Shown: positions 25,758-35,351, numbered from the stretch's first letter. The stretch is 64,000 bases of DNA from an uncultured Gammaproteobacteria bacterium (GCA_902634075.1 CACPJA010000004.1:613-64612), one strand, 5' to 3'. Made by a program: numbers and translations. Notes: generated from the letters alone by a model not told the origin.

Positions 25758-27694
25758 TACTTGTTGTCCTCAGATTCAAGAATCAAAAGATTGGCACCGA
25801 GATCAACTTGCTCACCGACTTTTATAAAGATCTCATTGACTGTTCCGTCCTGATCAGCAGAAATAGCATGGTTCATCTTCATCGCTTCAATAACCACCAA
25901 TTCATCACCCATTGATACTGTCTGCCCTTGTTTGACATTAACTTCAATAACTTTCCCTGGCATTGGAGAAACAAGAGACCCTTCAGGAGCTTTTGCACTT
26001 GATGATTGAAATCGAGGGAGAACTTTCAATACTTTAGAACCACGTTGATGTGTTATGAGTATTAAGTTTTCATCTTTTGTGATGTTGTATTTATAGCGAA
26101 GGCTATTGATTTCAATATCAATAGAATCGGCGCTCCATTCATGGACTATGGCAATTGTCCCATCAGGGGTTCTAAATGAGTTGTCTCTTAACCGTTTATA
26201 CTCAATTTCAACCTCTTCTCCATCAATTTCAAACGATATTCTTTGATTGGGTAACCTTGCATTGTGCCAACCAGAGGGTATATTTTTTAAAACAGTAGCT
26301 GTCTTTCGATTTAATTCCTGGATCCAAAGAGCGGCAGAAATCCCAGTTAATCTTCTCTCTGATTCTGAGAGTATAATTTGCCGTTCCGGTTTATATAATT
26401 CAATAAAGTCAGTGGTGGTATTTCCTGCAATAAAATCCTTGTTCCTCAAAATATTAGACAAAAACCCAATATTATTGGTAAACCCTCCAAAATGAGCCTT
26501 CTCAAGACCTATAGCAAGTTTTTCTGAAGCCTCTTGCCTAGTTGATCCGTGGGAGATAACTTTTGCTAGCATGGGATCAAAATCGGTTCCTATCTGCATT
26601 CCTGCTTCTACTCCGGTGTCCCATCTAAGTCCATTATCATTTTTATGATTATCAGCTATTAATTTTCCTGTCGATGGAAGAAAATCGTTAGCAGGATCTT
26701 CAGCGTATATTCTTGCCTCTATCGAATGACCGCTAAATGTTATATCTTCTTGTGTTAATTTTAATGCTTCACCCCTTGCAATATTAATTTGCTGTTTAAC
26801 TATATCGATACCGGTAATCATTTCAGTCACTGGGTGCTCGACTTGTAAACGTGTGTTCATCTCAAGGAACCAAAATTCATTAGTCTTATCATCAAATAAG
26901 AACTCGATGGTTCCTGCAGATTCATACTTAATTTGTTTTGCTAGCTCGATCGCGGAACTGGTTAACTGATCCCTTATATCCTTGCTTAATCTAACCGAGG
27001 GTGCCTCTTCTATAATCTTCTGGTGACGACGTTGGATTGAACATTCCCTCTCACCTAGGTGGATAATGTTCCCTTGTTTATCGCCTAAAATCTGAACTTC
27101 AATATGCCTAGAACTTTCAACGTATCGTTCTATAAAGATTCTCTCATCACCAAACGCATTCTTTGCCTCTTGCTTTGCAAGTCTTATGGCATCTTTGAGA
27201 TGTTTCTCTTTGTAAACAATCCTCATTCCCTTGCCTCCACCACCTGCAGCAGCTTTGATGAGTAATGGAAAACCTATTTTGCTTGCAGACTTCTCAGTTT
27301 TTACAGAAGGCAGGATGGGCAGGTTTGCAAGCTTGGCATATTTTTTTGCTTCGATCTTATCGCCCATTGCTCTTATAGCTTCAGAAGAAGGGCCAATCCA
27401 TAGCAGACCTTTCTTTTTAATTAGCAATGGGAACTCTGGGTTCTCTGACAAAAAACCATAACCAGGATGAATTGCTTGCGATCCAGTTGCCTTAGCGGCT
27501 TTAATTATTGCCTCACTATCCAGATAAGATGTACCTATTCGGACAGCTTCATCTGCTTCTTTAACATAAGGAGAGTCCTTATCAGAATCGGTATAGATAG
27601 CCACCGCAGAAAGATTAGAATCATGGGCTGATCTAATAATTCTTGAGGCAATTTCTCCCCGATTAGCAACTAAGATTTTTCTCAGCTCACTCAT
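25757..27694 (-). CDS. Acyl-CoA carboxylase alpha subunit (biotin carboxylase + biotin carboxyl carrier domain)
   Basis: 645 aa. ILVANRGEIA, ATP-grasp GGGGKGMRIV, NTRLQVEHPVTE, and the biotinylation motif EAMKM near the C-terminus. Confidence 0.9.
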   Translation of the reverse strand: MSELRKILVANRGEIASRIIRSAHDSNLSAVAIYTDSDKDSPYVKEADEAVRIGTSYLDSEAIIKAAKATGSQAIHPGYGFLSENPEFPLLIKKKGLLWIGPSSEAIRAMGDKIEAKKYAKLANLPILPSVKTEKSASKIGFPLLIKAAAGGGGKGMRIVYKEKHLKDAIRLAKQEAKNAFGDERIFIERYVESSRHIEVQILGDKQGNIIHLGERECSIQRRHQKIIEEAPSVRLSKDIRDQLTSSAIELAKQIKYESAGTIEFLFDDKTNEFWFLEMNTRLQVEHPVTEMITGIDIVKQQINIARGEALKLTQEDITFSGHSIEARIYAEDPANDFLPSTGKLIADNHKNDNGLRWDTGVEAGMQIGTDFDPMLAKVISHGSTRQEASEKLAIGLEKAHFGGFTNNIGFLSNILRNKDFIAGNTTTDFIELYKPERQIILSESERRLTGISAALWIQELNRKTATVLKNIPSGWHNARLPNQRISFEIDGEEVEIEYKRLRDNSFRTPDGTIAIVHEWSADSIDIEINSLRYKYNITKDENLILITHQRGSKVLKVLPRFQSSSAKAPEGSLVSPMPGKVIEVNVKQGQTVSMGDELVVIEAMKMNHAISADQDGTVNEIFIKVGEQVDLGANLLILESEDNK

Positions 27695-29337
27695 AATCTA
27701 AAAACACCAAAAGCTTCCGTGCCTTTGATCAGGCGATTTCTTACCACAGATAAGCAGATTCCCAAGATTGTTCTTGTATCCCTTGGATCTATGATTCCGT
27801 CATCACTGATCAAGCCACTTGCTTCTAGAGCTTCAGAACCTTGATCTTGGAGTTTTTCAACAGCTTCAGTGAATTTCTTATCTTCCTCTTCATCAAATTT
27901 TTCTCCTTTCTTCCAAGCTCTTGCTCTTCTAACCATAGACATAACTCCGGCTATTTGCTTACCGCCCATTACGGCGATCTTTGCTGAAGGCCAGATAAAA
28001 GTGAATCGATTGTTAAAAGCCCTGCCTGACATCGCATAAGTCCCTGCTCCGTAAGAAGCCCCTAAAATAATGGTTATATGCGGCACTGTTGAATTTGAGA
28101 CAGCATTAATCATCTGCGAACCTTTTTTAACAATCCCATCTCTTTCAAATTCTTTACCGACAAGAAATCCTGTTACATTTTGAAGAAAGATTATTGGGGT
28201 ATCTATCTTGTTGCACAATTGAATAAAGTGAGCTGCTTTTTGTGCAGAATCAGGGTATATAGCGCCGTTGTTTCCAATAATTCCAACTGGATAACCGTGA
28301 ACATTTGCCCATCCACAAACTATAGTTGAACCGAATAAGGGCTTGAACTCCTCAAATCTTGAGCCATCCACAAATCTTGCAATTGCCTCTCTTATATCAA
28401 ACGGTGTCTTAAGGTCTTTGCTGACTAAACCAAGCAGCTCTTCGCTATCGTATATCGGTTCCTCGTAAGTCTCCTCAGACTGCGATTCGCTCTTTTTCCA
28501 ATTGAGATGAGACACCACTTCTCTGCAAAGTCTTAATGCGTCCATTTCATCCTCAGCAAGATAATCAGATAGGCCTGAAACCTCTGAGTGCATTTGAGCT
28601 CCACCGAGTGTTTCATCATTTGAAATTTCACCAGTCGCCATTTTGACTAAAGGCGGTCCAGCTAGAAAAACTTTTGATTGGTCTCGAATAAATATATTGT
28701 AATCAGACATCCCAGGTTGATAGGCACCTCCAGCAGTGGATGATCCAAAAACAACGGCAATAGTTGGTATTCTCATTTTTGATAGTTCTGTCATTTCATA
28801 GAACCATCTTCCTGTTTCAGCAAAGTGGCCTTCGCCGATGTTCCATGGTTTTTTATCTGATGTTGGGTCAACTCTCAAGTCTGCGCCAGCCGATTCAACA
28901 AAACTTATATACGGGATACCATTGTCTCTAGCAATTTCTATACACCTACCCCACTTCTTTGCTGCGTATGGGGTTAGTGCTCCAGCCAGAACGGTGGGAT
29001 CATTACCAAATATTACGCATTCAACACCCGCTATTACTCCGATTCCTGCTACCGTTCCCCCTCCGATCGTGTAGTCTGAATCATAAGCAGCTAAAGGACT
29101 AATTTCTAGAAAGGGAGTGTCAGGGTCCAAAACATTAAAAATACGTTCTCGAATTGGCATCTTGCCTTTCTTTGCAAGACGCTCGTGATGATAAGGGCCT
29201 CCTCCAGCCTCTGCAAGGTCGAGTAGATCGTCAATATCATTGAGCTTATTCTTGAGTTCCTTGTAGTTTTCTTCATAAATTGCTGAACTCGTATCCAAGC
29301 GTGATTCTAACTGTTGTTTTATTTTTTTTAGTTCCAT
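27691..29337 (-). CDS. Acyl-CoA carboxylase beta subunit (carboxyltransferase; MccB/AtuC-related but divergent)
   Basis: Carboxyl-transferase two-domain architecture (GIGVIAGVECVIFGNDPTVLAGAL, FVESAGADL, GASYGAGTYAM). The start is taken at ATG 29337 (MELKKIKQQ). The longer ORF-track start at 29370 is a TTG. Confidence 0.9.
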   Translation of the reverse strand: MELKKIKQQLESRLDTSSAIYEENYKELKNKLNDIDDLLDLAEAGGGPYHHERLAKKGKMPIRERIFNVLDPDTPFLEISPLAAYDSDYTIGGGTVAGIGVIAGVECVIFGNDPTVLAGALTPYAAKKWGRCIEIARDNGIPYISFVESAGADLRVDPTSDKKPWNIGEGHFAETGRWFYEMTELSKMRIPTIAVVFGSSTAGGAYQPGMSDYNIFIRDQSKVFLAGPPLVKMATGEISNDETLGGAQMHSEVSGLSDYLAEDEMDALRLCREVVSHLNWKKSESQSEETYEEPIYDSEELLGLVSKDLKTPFDIREAIARFVDGSRFEEFKPLFGSTIVCGWANVHGYPVGIIGNNGAIYPDSAQKAAHFIQLCNKIDTPIIFLQNVTGFLVGKEFERDGIVKKGSQMINAVSNSTVPHITIILGASYGAGTYAMSGRAFNNRFTFIWPSAKIAVMGGKQIAGVMSMVRRARAWKKGEKFDEEEDKKFTEAVEKLQDQGSEALEASGLISDDGIIDPRDTRTILGICLSVVRNRLIKGTEAFGVFRL

Positions 29338-29351
29338 TAAAAAAATAGCTA

Positions 29352-29381
29352 TTGGTAATATTATTGACAAAACATTACCAA
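29352..29381. promoter_or_regulatory. Candidate operator: perfect 8-bp inverted repeat TTGGTAAT-N14-ATTACCAA in the 67-nt divergent intergenic region
   Basis: Left arm 29352-29359, right arm 29374-29381. A consensus TTGACA (29364-29369) lies inside the spacer, and TAATAT (29385-29390) lies 15 nt downstream. A TetR gene is encoded in the adjacent operon. Confidence 0.4.
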
Positions 29382-29404
29382 AGATAATATTCTAATACAA
29401 ATAA

Positions 29405-30205
29405 ATGAAAGAAATAATTTCAGCAATAAGAAATGAAATGTTGACTCTGAAGGAGTTAGTCGATTCATTAACTGATGATGATTGGTTATCCCCCACCGGA
29501 TTTAAAGACTGGTCTGCTGAATTAATTATCTCCCACCTGTATTATTTTGACTTAATGACGATCTATTCGATTAATAAGCCCGAGAAATTTGATGAGGAAG
29601 GGCAATTTATTTTCTCAACATTTTCGAAAGAACAAGAGTCATTAAGTAGAGCAATGATTATCCTCAAACGACTTAAAACATCTGGCAAAAAAGAATTAAC
29701 TGATGGCTGGTTAAGGTCAAATGATCTTATGTGTGAGACTTTTGAACGGATTGATCCAAAAACACGATGTAAATGGTTTGGCCCTGACATGGGCGCTAGA
29801 ATGTTTATGACTGCACGATATATGGAAATTTGGTCACATGCTCAAGCAATCTATGATCTAACAGGAAAAAGTAGAATTTATAACGACGATATTAAAAACA
29901 TCGTTAATATCGGTATTAAAACATTTGAGTGGACCTATATTAATAGAAAACTAGAAGTCCCAAAGCAAAAACCCTATATTGTTCTGAATTCTCCATCGAA
30001 CAAACAATGGGAGTGGAATGAACCTTCTGATGAAAATTCAATTTATGGTTTAGCTAGTGATTTTTGTCATGTTGTCACGCAAAATAGGAATGTCTTAGAC
30101 ACTAAATTAGAAGTAACCGGTTCTATTGCAAATCATTGGATGTCTATAGCACAATGTTTTGCTGGAGATCCAGAAACACCGCCTGAAAAAGGGTCAAGAA
30201 TTTAA
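29405..30205 (+). CDS. DinB/maleylpyruvate-isomerase-N-terminal-like metal-binding protein (TIGR03084-like)
   Basis: 266 aa. DWLSPTGFKDWSAELIISHLYYFD resembles the DinB_2/MDMPI_N start. This family commonly neighbours acyl-CoA carboxylase and ACAD genes (from memory). Confidence 0.5.
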   Translation: MKEIISAIRNEMLTLKELVDSLTDDDWLSPTGFKDWSAELIISHLYYFDLMTIYSINKPEKFDEEGQFIFSTFSKEQESLSRAMIILKRLKTSGKKELTDGWLRSNDLMCETFERIDPKTRCKWFGPDMGARMFMTARYMEIWSHAQAIYDLTGKSRIYNDDIKNIVNIGIKTFEWTYINRKLEVPKQKPYIVLNSPSNKQWEWNEPSDENSIYGLASDFCHVVTQNRNVLDTKLEVTGSIANHWMSIAQCFAGDPETPPEKGSRI

Positions 30206-30217
30206 AAAGGAAATATT

Positions 30218-31369
30218 ATGAAATGGACTGATGAACATGAAAGTATAAGAGAAACAGCTGCAAAATTTGTAGACAACGAAATCAATCCATTCGTTGATCA
30301 GTGGGAAGAGGATGGCATTTTCCCAGCACATGAGTTATTCAAAAAATTAGGCAATTTAGGAATGCTTGGTATCAGTAAACCTGAAAAATATGGAGGACTC
30401 GGACTAGATTACAGTTATTCGATAGTGTTTGCCGAGGAAATGGGCAGAATTCAAACTGGTGGAGTTGGCATGGGTATAGGGATACAAACAGATATGTCCA
30501 CCCCTGCACTTGCAAAGTTTGGTAGTGAGGAACTCTGTAATGAATTTTTAGTGCCTGCCATTTCTGGAGATGCAGTTACCTCTATTGCTGTGAGTGAACC
30601 GCACGCAGGTTCAGATGTTGCCGCAATTAAAACTGAAGCAAAGAAAGATGGTGATGACTATGTAATTAACGGGACAAAAATGTGGATATCCAATTCAACT
30701 CAAGCTGATTATTTTTGCTTATTAGCCAACACGAGCGAAGGTCAGCGACATAAAAATAAATCATTAATCATAGTCCCTTCAGACACACCAGGGGTCTCTC
30801 TATCAGAACCTCTAAATAAATTAGGGATGCGCTCCTCTGATACTGCCCAAATATTCTTCGATAACGTCAGAGTACCTCAAAAAAATAGAATCGGTGAAGA
30901 AGGAATGGGTTTTATGTATCAAATGTTTCAATTTCAGGAAGAGAGAATTTATGCAGCAGCATCAGCCTTAAAAAGTTATGAAAACATTATTCAAGAAACC
31001 ATTGAATATACTAAGCAAAGAGAAACTTTTGGAAAGCCAATTCTAGATAACCAAATTGTGCAATTTAAACTGGCAGAACTGCAAACTGAAGTGGAATTAC
31101 TCAGAGCATTAACCTACAACGCCGTGGAAGAATACATAGACGGCAAAGATGTCCTTACAAAAGCATCTATGGTTAAACTCAAATCTGGTCGATTAGGAAG
31201 AGAGCTAACAGATGCCTGCCTCCAATTCTGGGGTGGAATGGGCTTTATGTGGGAAAGCTCAGTAGCTAGAGCTTATAGAGACACTAGATTGGGTTCCATT
31301 GGAGGTGGAAGCGATGAAGTCATGTTAGGGATTATTTCCAAGCAAATGGGGCTTTTGGATAGAGATTAA
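30218..31369 (+). CDS. Acyl-CoA dehydrogenase (isovaleryl-CoA/AtuD-like type)
   Basis: 383 aa. SEPHAGSDVAAIKT, DDYVINGTKMWISN, QFWGGMGF, IGGGSDEVM (IVD-like, Gly at the MCAD Glu position). Confidence 0.9.
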   Translation: MKWTDEHESIRETAAKFVDNEINPFVDQWEEDGIFPAHELFKKLGNLGMLGISKPEKYGGLGLDYSYSIVFAEEMGRIQTGGVGMGIGIQTDMSTPALAKFGSEELCNEFLVPAISGDAVTSIAVSEPHAGSDVAAIKTEAKKDGDDYVINGTKMWISNSTQADYFCLLANTSEGQRHKNKSLIIVPSDTPGVSLSEPLNKLGMRSSDTAQIFFDNVRVPQKNRIGEEGMGFMYQMFQFQEERIYAAASALKSYENIIQETIEYTKQRETFGKPILDNQIVQFKLAELQTEVELLRALTYNAVEEYIDGKDVLTKASMVKLKSGRLGRELTDACLQFWGGMGFMWESSVARAYRDTRLGSIGGGSDEVMLGIISKQMGLLDRD

Positions 31370-31959
31370 GGGTTGTTCTCCTCTTCTCTATTCTTTCTTC
31401 TTTCCCTCATTCTTTGCCACCAACCTTTTTCATCTGATTCTGCTTTAGACCTTTCAGATAATTGACTCGGCCTATTAGTCTTTAATACTCCATCTGCAAA
31501 ATAATTAGGTGACACGTCTAAACATTCACCTGTGGATGATTTGGTTGGCTTTATGGAGCTCTTTTGATTAAATGCTTGTCGTTCTATTGCATTGTCTCGA
31601 CCCTCAATAGTTCGATCAATCAAGTCCAATAACTCAGATAACTGATCACCTGATATTTGCTCTTCTGATTCAGCTTTGGATTCCAGTTCTTCTTTTAGTA
31701 CAGGCAAGTACTCCTCTGATATAGGTGATTCTGACTCGGAGATTTCAGGTATAAAAAACGCAGATCGCTTTTGTATTTCTCTTAGTGTTTCTGGAATCAC
31801 TAAGTTAGGAATTGAATAACTTTCTTGATATTCTTGAGCTTCATCGCATATTTGCACAGCAGGCTCAAACAAACTGCAACTGGTCATAGTTATTACAGCA
31901 ACTGGAAATAGAAAATATTTCGTTACAGTCTGCCTCTTATAGCATCGGTCAATAATCAT
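31366..31959 (-). CDS. Hypothetical lipoprotein with acidic middle and basic C-terminal tail
   Basis: Hydrophobic N-terminus followed by Cys (FPVAVITMTSC). Low-complexity E/S-rich centre. C-terminal WWQRMRERRKNREEENNP. The start within MIIDRCYKRQTVTKY is uncertain. Confidence 0.45.
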   Translation of the reverse strand: MIIDRCYKRQTVTKYFLFPVAVITMTSCSLFEPAVQICDEAQEYQESYSIPNLVIPETLREIQKRSAFFIPEISESESPISEEYLPVLKEELESKAESEEQISGDQLSELLDLIDRTIEGRDNAIERQAFNQKSSIKPTKSSTGECLDVSPNYFADGVLKTNRPSQLSERSKAESDEKGWWQRMRERRKNREEENNP

Positions 31960-32097
31960 AGTTTCTTCAATATTATTTACGATTTAGTTTATAAAATATT
32001 CTGTTAATACTTTTTGTGGTGCACTTAATATAAAATAATGAGATGAGTCTACCAAATACTCAATTTTTATTATTATATTTTTATAGATGAGGTAACT

Positions 32098-32565
32098 ATG
32101 TCTAAAGTACAAGTTGGTAAAAAAGTCCCAGATTTTAGAGCATTGCTGGACAACGAAGAAAAATTTAAATTTAGTGAAAATAAAGGCAAGAATCTTGTGA
32201 TCTACTTTTACCCAAAAGATAATACACCTGGCTGCACTAAAGAAGGAGAGGATTTTAGGGATAATTATAATGTTTTAAAAAAACTTAATACTGAAGTATT
32301 TGGTGTGTCTAAAGATTCAGCAGCTTCTCATCAAAAGTTTATCGCTAAATTCAATTTCCCCTTCAATCTTATCTCTGACGAAGATGAAAAAGTTTGCAAT
32401 CTGTTTGATGTAATCAAAGAGAAAAATATGTACGGAAGAAAATATATGGGAATAGAGAGAAGCACATTTCTTATTGATGCTAATGGGAAACTTGTTAAAG
32501 AATGGAGGAAAGTTAGGGTCAAAGGTCATATAGATGATGTGCTTGAATCTATAAAAGAAATATAG
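32098..32565 (+). CDS. bcp: Thioredoxin-dependent thiol peroxidase (peroxiredoxin Bcp)
   Basis: 155 aa. Active-site DNTPGCTKE and YFYPKD. Confidence 0.9.
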   Translation: MSKVQVGKKVPDFRALLDNEEKFKFSENKGKNLVIYFYPKDNTPGCTKEGEDFRDNYNVLKKLNTEVFGVSKDSAASHQKFIAKFNFPFNLISDEDEKVCNLFDVIKEKNMYGRKYMGIERSTFLIDANGKLVKEWRKVRVKGHIDDVLESIKEI

Positions 32566-32568
32566 TTT

Positions 32569-34035
32569 ATGTATTTAGTCTCATTAAGATTATTGGTTTT
32601 GACACTATTCTTATACAGCGCTTCGACGTTGGCAGAAATAGAGTTGCCTGATCTTGGAAATCCTTCGGATATTTATTTATCAAAAATGGATGAACCAGCT
32701 ATTGGTAGAGCCTATTTCAGAAGTCTTAGAGCGCAACAACAAGTTGTTGAAGACCCTTTGCTTGCAGAATACATACAAAACTTGGGAGAAAAATTATCTT
32801 CAAAGGTGCAAAGTGGTGACTTTGATTTTAATTATTTCTTTGTTCCACAAAACTCAATAAACGCCTTTGCTATGCCTGGAGGTTATATAGGGATTCACAC
32901 AGGACTGTGTGTTAATGCTGATAATGAGAGTCAGTTAGCGTCAGTTTTAGCCCACGAGATAAGTCATGTCACACAACGACATATTTCAAGACAAATTGGT
33001 GATCAAGTCCCAAATTCTATTCAAGGTGGTCTTGTTCTCTTAGGAGCAATATTGCTTGGTGCGGCAACAGGAAGTCCTGAATTGGTTGAGGCTGGAGCTT
33101 TTGCTGCCCCTGCCATAATGACGCAAGGACAAATAGACTTTACAAGAGAAATGGAAATTGAAGCAGACGCAATAGGAATAAAAACTCTAGGCTTGTCAAA
33201 CTATGATCCTTACGCAATGGCAGATTTTTTCAATAAGCTCTCCACTGGTGAGGACCCAAGAAATGCAGCTTCAACAGAATTCTTAAGAACGCACCCGCTT
33301 TCTGTAAATCGCTCAGCAGCAGCCAAAAAACAAGCACGAAATATGGTTGTAGAAACTGTAGAAGAGTCTCTAGGCTTTGAGCTTGCAAAAAATCGTATTC
33401 GCTTCCTCAATAGTAATATCCCTGAAAAGACGCTTGATTACTTTGAGAATGAAACACGAAGTCTTAATCTAAACAGCAACCTTAGTAATAAATCTATTGG
33501 AGAACTCTATGGTCTAGCTTTAATATCTATTGAATTAGGTTTATTAGATAAAGCTGAGAATATACTTCAAAAATTAATCCAACAAAATTCAGATTATCCC
33601 CACTTTCATATTGCTTATATGGATCTATTGATCAAGAAAAACCAAACCAATAAAGGAATAACCTATATTAAGGAGCGCTTAAGTCTTTCTCCACGAAATC
33701 TTCCGCTGACATTAGCCTATGCTGAGGCAGAATTGAATTATGGAAGCCCTAAAAAATCTCATGAAATATTACTCGACTTATTCAATACAATACCTCCTTC
33801 GCCATCACAGATTAGACTTATTGCAAACTCTGCCAATCAAGCTGGTGATTTTGCTGACTCATTTTCTTACATGGCAGAATACTACTTAAGTATTGGAGGT
33901 TTTGAACAAGCAAGAGAACAATTGAATGTTGCCCTATCATTCGATTCCTTATCTAAAATTCAAACTGCTAAGTTTATTGCAAGGCTAAATGAAATTGAAG
34001 AATATATAGATGAAATGAATAGACAAAGACGATGA
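32569..34035 (+). CDS. bepA: M48-family periplasmic metalloprotease/chaperone with TPR domain (BepA-like)
   Basis: Signal peptide. LPDLGNPSD.., NAFAMPGGYIGIHTGL, NESQLASVLAHEISHVTQRH (HExxH). C-terminal TPR-like half. Close to E. coli BepA as recalled. Confidence 0.8.
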   Translation: MYLVSLRLLVLTLFLYSASTLAEIELPDLGNPSDIYLSKMDEPAIGRAYFRSLRAQQQVVEDPLLAEYIQNLGEKLSSKVQSGDFDFNYFFVPQNSINAFAMPGGYIGIHTGLCVNADNESQLASVLAHEISHVTQRHISRQIGDQVPNSIQGGLVLLGAILLGAATGSPELVEAGAFAAPAIMTQGQIDFTREMEIEADAIGIKTLGLSNYDPYAMADFFNKLSTGEDPRNAASTEFLRTHPLSVNRSAAAKKQARNMVVETVEESLGFELAKNRIRFLNSNIPEKTLDYFENETRSLNLNSNLSNKSIGELYGLALISIELGLLDKAENILQKLIQQNSDYPHFHIAYMDLLIKKNQTNKGITYIKERLSLSPRNLPLTLAYAEAELNYGSPKKSHEILLDLFNTIPPSPSQIRLIANSANQAGDFADSFSYMAEYYLSIGGFEQAREQLNVALSFDSLSKIQTAKFIARLNEIEEYIDEMNRQRR

Positions 34036-34763
34036 AATCATTTTTTTTAAAAATCACTTTAGTCACTCTGCTTTTTATGTCATACGGATGCAGTTACCAA
34101 GGTGCTTTAGCTCCTATTGAAGAAGACCCCTATGAACAAATGAACCGGTCAATTTATGAGTTTAATGAAAATCTAGATAAAACTGTCCTGGAACCAGTTG
34201 CTGATAGCTATGATTTTGTAATACCTGAGCTTTTTCAAACTGGTTTCCAGAATTTCTTTAATAATGCTAATTACCCTGTGACAATAGTTAACCAAGCTCT
34301 GCAAGGTAAATTGGATGATTCTATGGAGAGCTTATTTAGATTTACAATTAACACAACGATTGGCTTAGGTGGTCTTTTTGATCCTGCCACAAGTCTAGGT
34401 TTTGAATTAAAGAGTGAAGATTTTGGGCAAACGCTAGGAGTTTGGGGTGTTGGTAAAGGTTCATATCTTATGACACCCTTGTTTGGCCCATATACTCTTA
34501 GACATGCCTTCGGCGATGCTGTGGATAATTTATTGAGTCCAATCAATTATATAGACGACACTGCAACCAAATACACAATAAAGATTATTGATAAAGTTCA
34601 AGAAAGATCAGATCTATCTGCACTTGAAGAAGAGCTTTACAGTTCCTATGATCCTTATCAATACATAAGAGACTCTTACATTCAAAACCGCGATTATAAA
34701 ATGACAGATGGAACTATCGAGGATGAATTAGAAGATGAACTGTTTGACCTAGAAGATTTCTAA
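34032..34763 (+). CDS. mlaA: Phospholipid-trafficking lipoprotein MlaA (VacJ family)
   Basis: Lipobox LFMSYGC. DPYEQMNRSIYEFNENLDKTVLEPVADSY and GLGGLFDPA are typical of MlaA. Confidence 0.85.
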   Translation: MKSFFLKITLVTLLFMSYGCSYQGALAPIEEDPYEQMNRSIYEFNENLDKTVLEPVADSYDFVIPELFQTGFQNFFNNANYPVTIVNQALQGKLDDSMESLFRFTINTTIGLGGLFDPATSLGFELKSEDFGQTLGVWGVGKGSYLMTPLFGPYTLRHAFGDAVDNLLSPINYIDDTATKYTIKIIDKVQERSDLSALEEELYSSYDPYQYIRDSYIQNRDYKMTDGTIEDELEDELFDLEDF

Positions 34764-35351
34764 TCTTTCTATTACAGCATCAATTCCATTTGCATTAATT
34801 TCAGCATTAAATTGATTGCGATAATTTTTGATGTATGAAACACCTTCGATTTTGACATCATAGAATCGCCAACCCTCTTTAAACTTTCCAAAACTGAAAT
34901 TCATTGGAATAAGCTCACCCTGATACATAACTTCAGATTTAACTGTCAGTTTCTTCGTCTCTGCGGTAATAGTTACATTATTTAGTACTGTGATCTGACT
35001 GACATCAAAATTCAGCAGTGTAAGCGCATAAGATCTCACTAGCGATTGATACAATCCCTCGGTAAACCTTTCTCTTTGATTAACCGAAGCCGACTTCCAA
35101 TGTTGATTTAAGACCAATCTTCCGGCATATCTTTTCTGGAAATATGGCGATAGGGTTTTATCAATAATTAAATAAAGCTCTTCTCTTTCACTATCTAACC
35201 TCTTTCGATTCTCATCATCACCTAAACCGAGTGTCATTGAATCGATAGACGATCGGATCATTTCAAAAGGCTCTATTTCATTCTCTGCAGAAAGATTCCC
35301 TGAAAGAAAAATAATTATAATGAATGCAAATCTATATAGAGAAATACTCAT
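34749..35351 (-). CDS. mlaC: Periplasmic phospholipid-binding protein MlaC (Ttg2D family)
   Basis: Signal peptide. RYAGRLVLNQHWKSASVNQRERF and WRFYDVKIEGVSYIKNYRNQF..NGIDAVIERL parallel E. coli MlaC blocks. Confidence 0.8.
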   Translation of the reverse strand: MSISLYRFAFIIIIFLSGNLSAENEIEPFEMIRSSIDSMTLGLGDDENRKRLDSEREELYLIIDKTLSPYFQKRYAGRLVLNQHWKSASVNQRERFTEGLYQSLVRSYALTLLNFDVSQITVLNNVTITAETKKLTVKSEVMYQGELIPMNFSFGKFKEGWRFYDVKIEGVSYIKNYRNQFNAEINANGIDAVIERLEIF

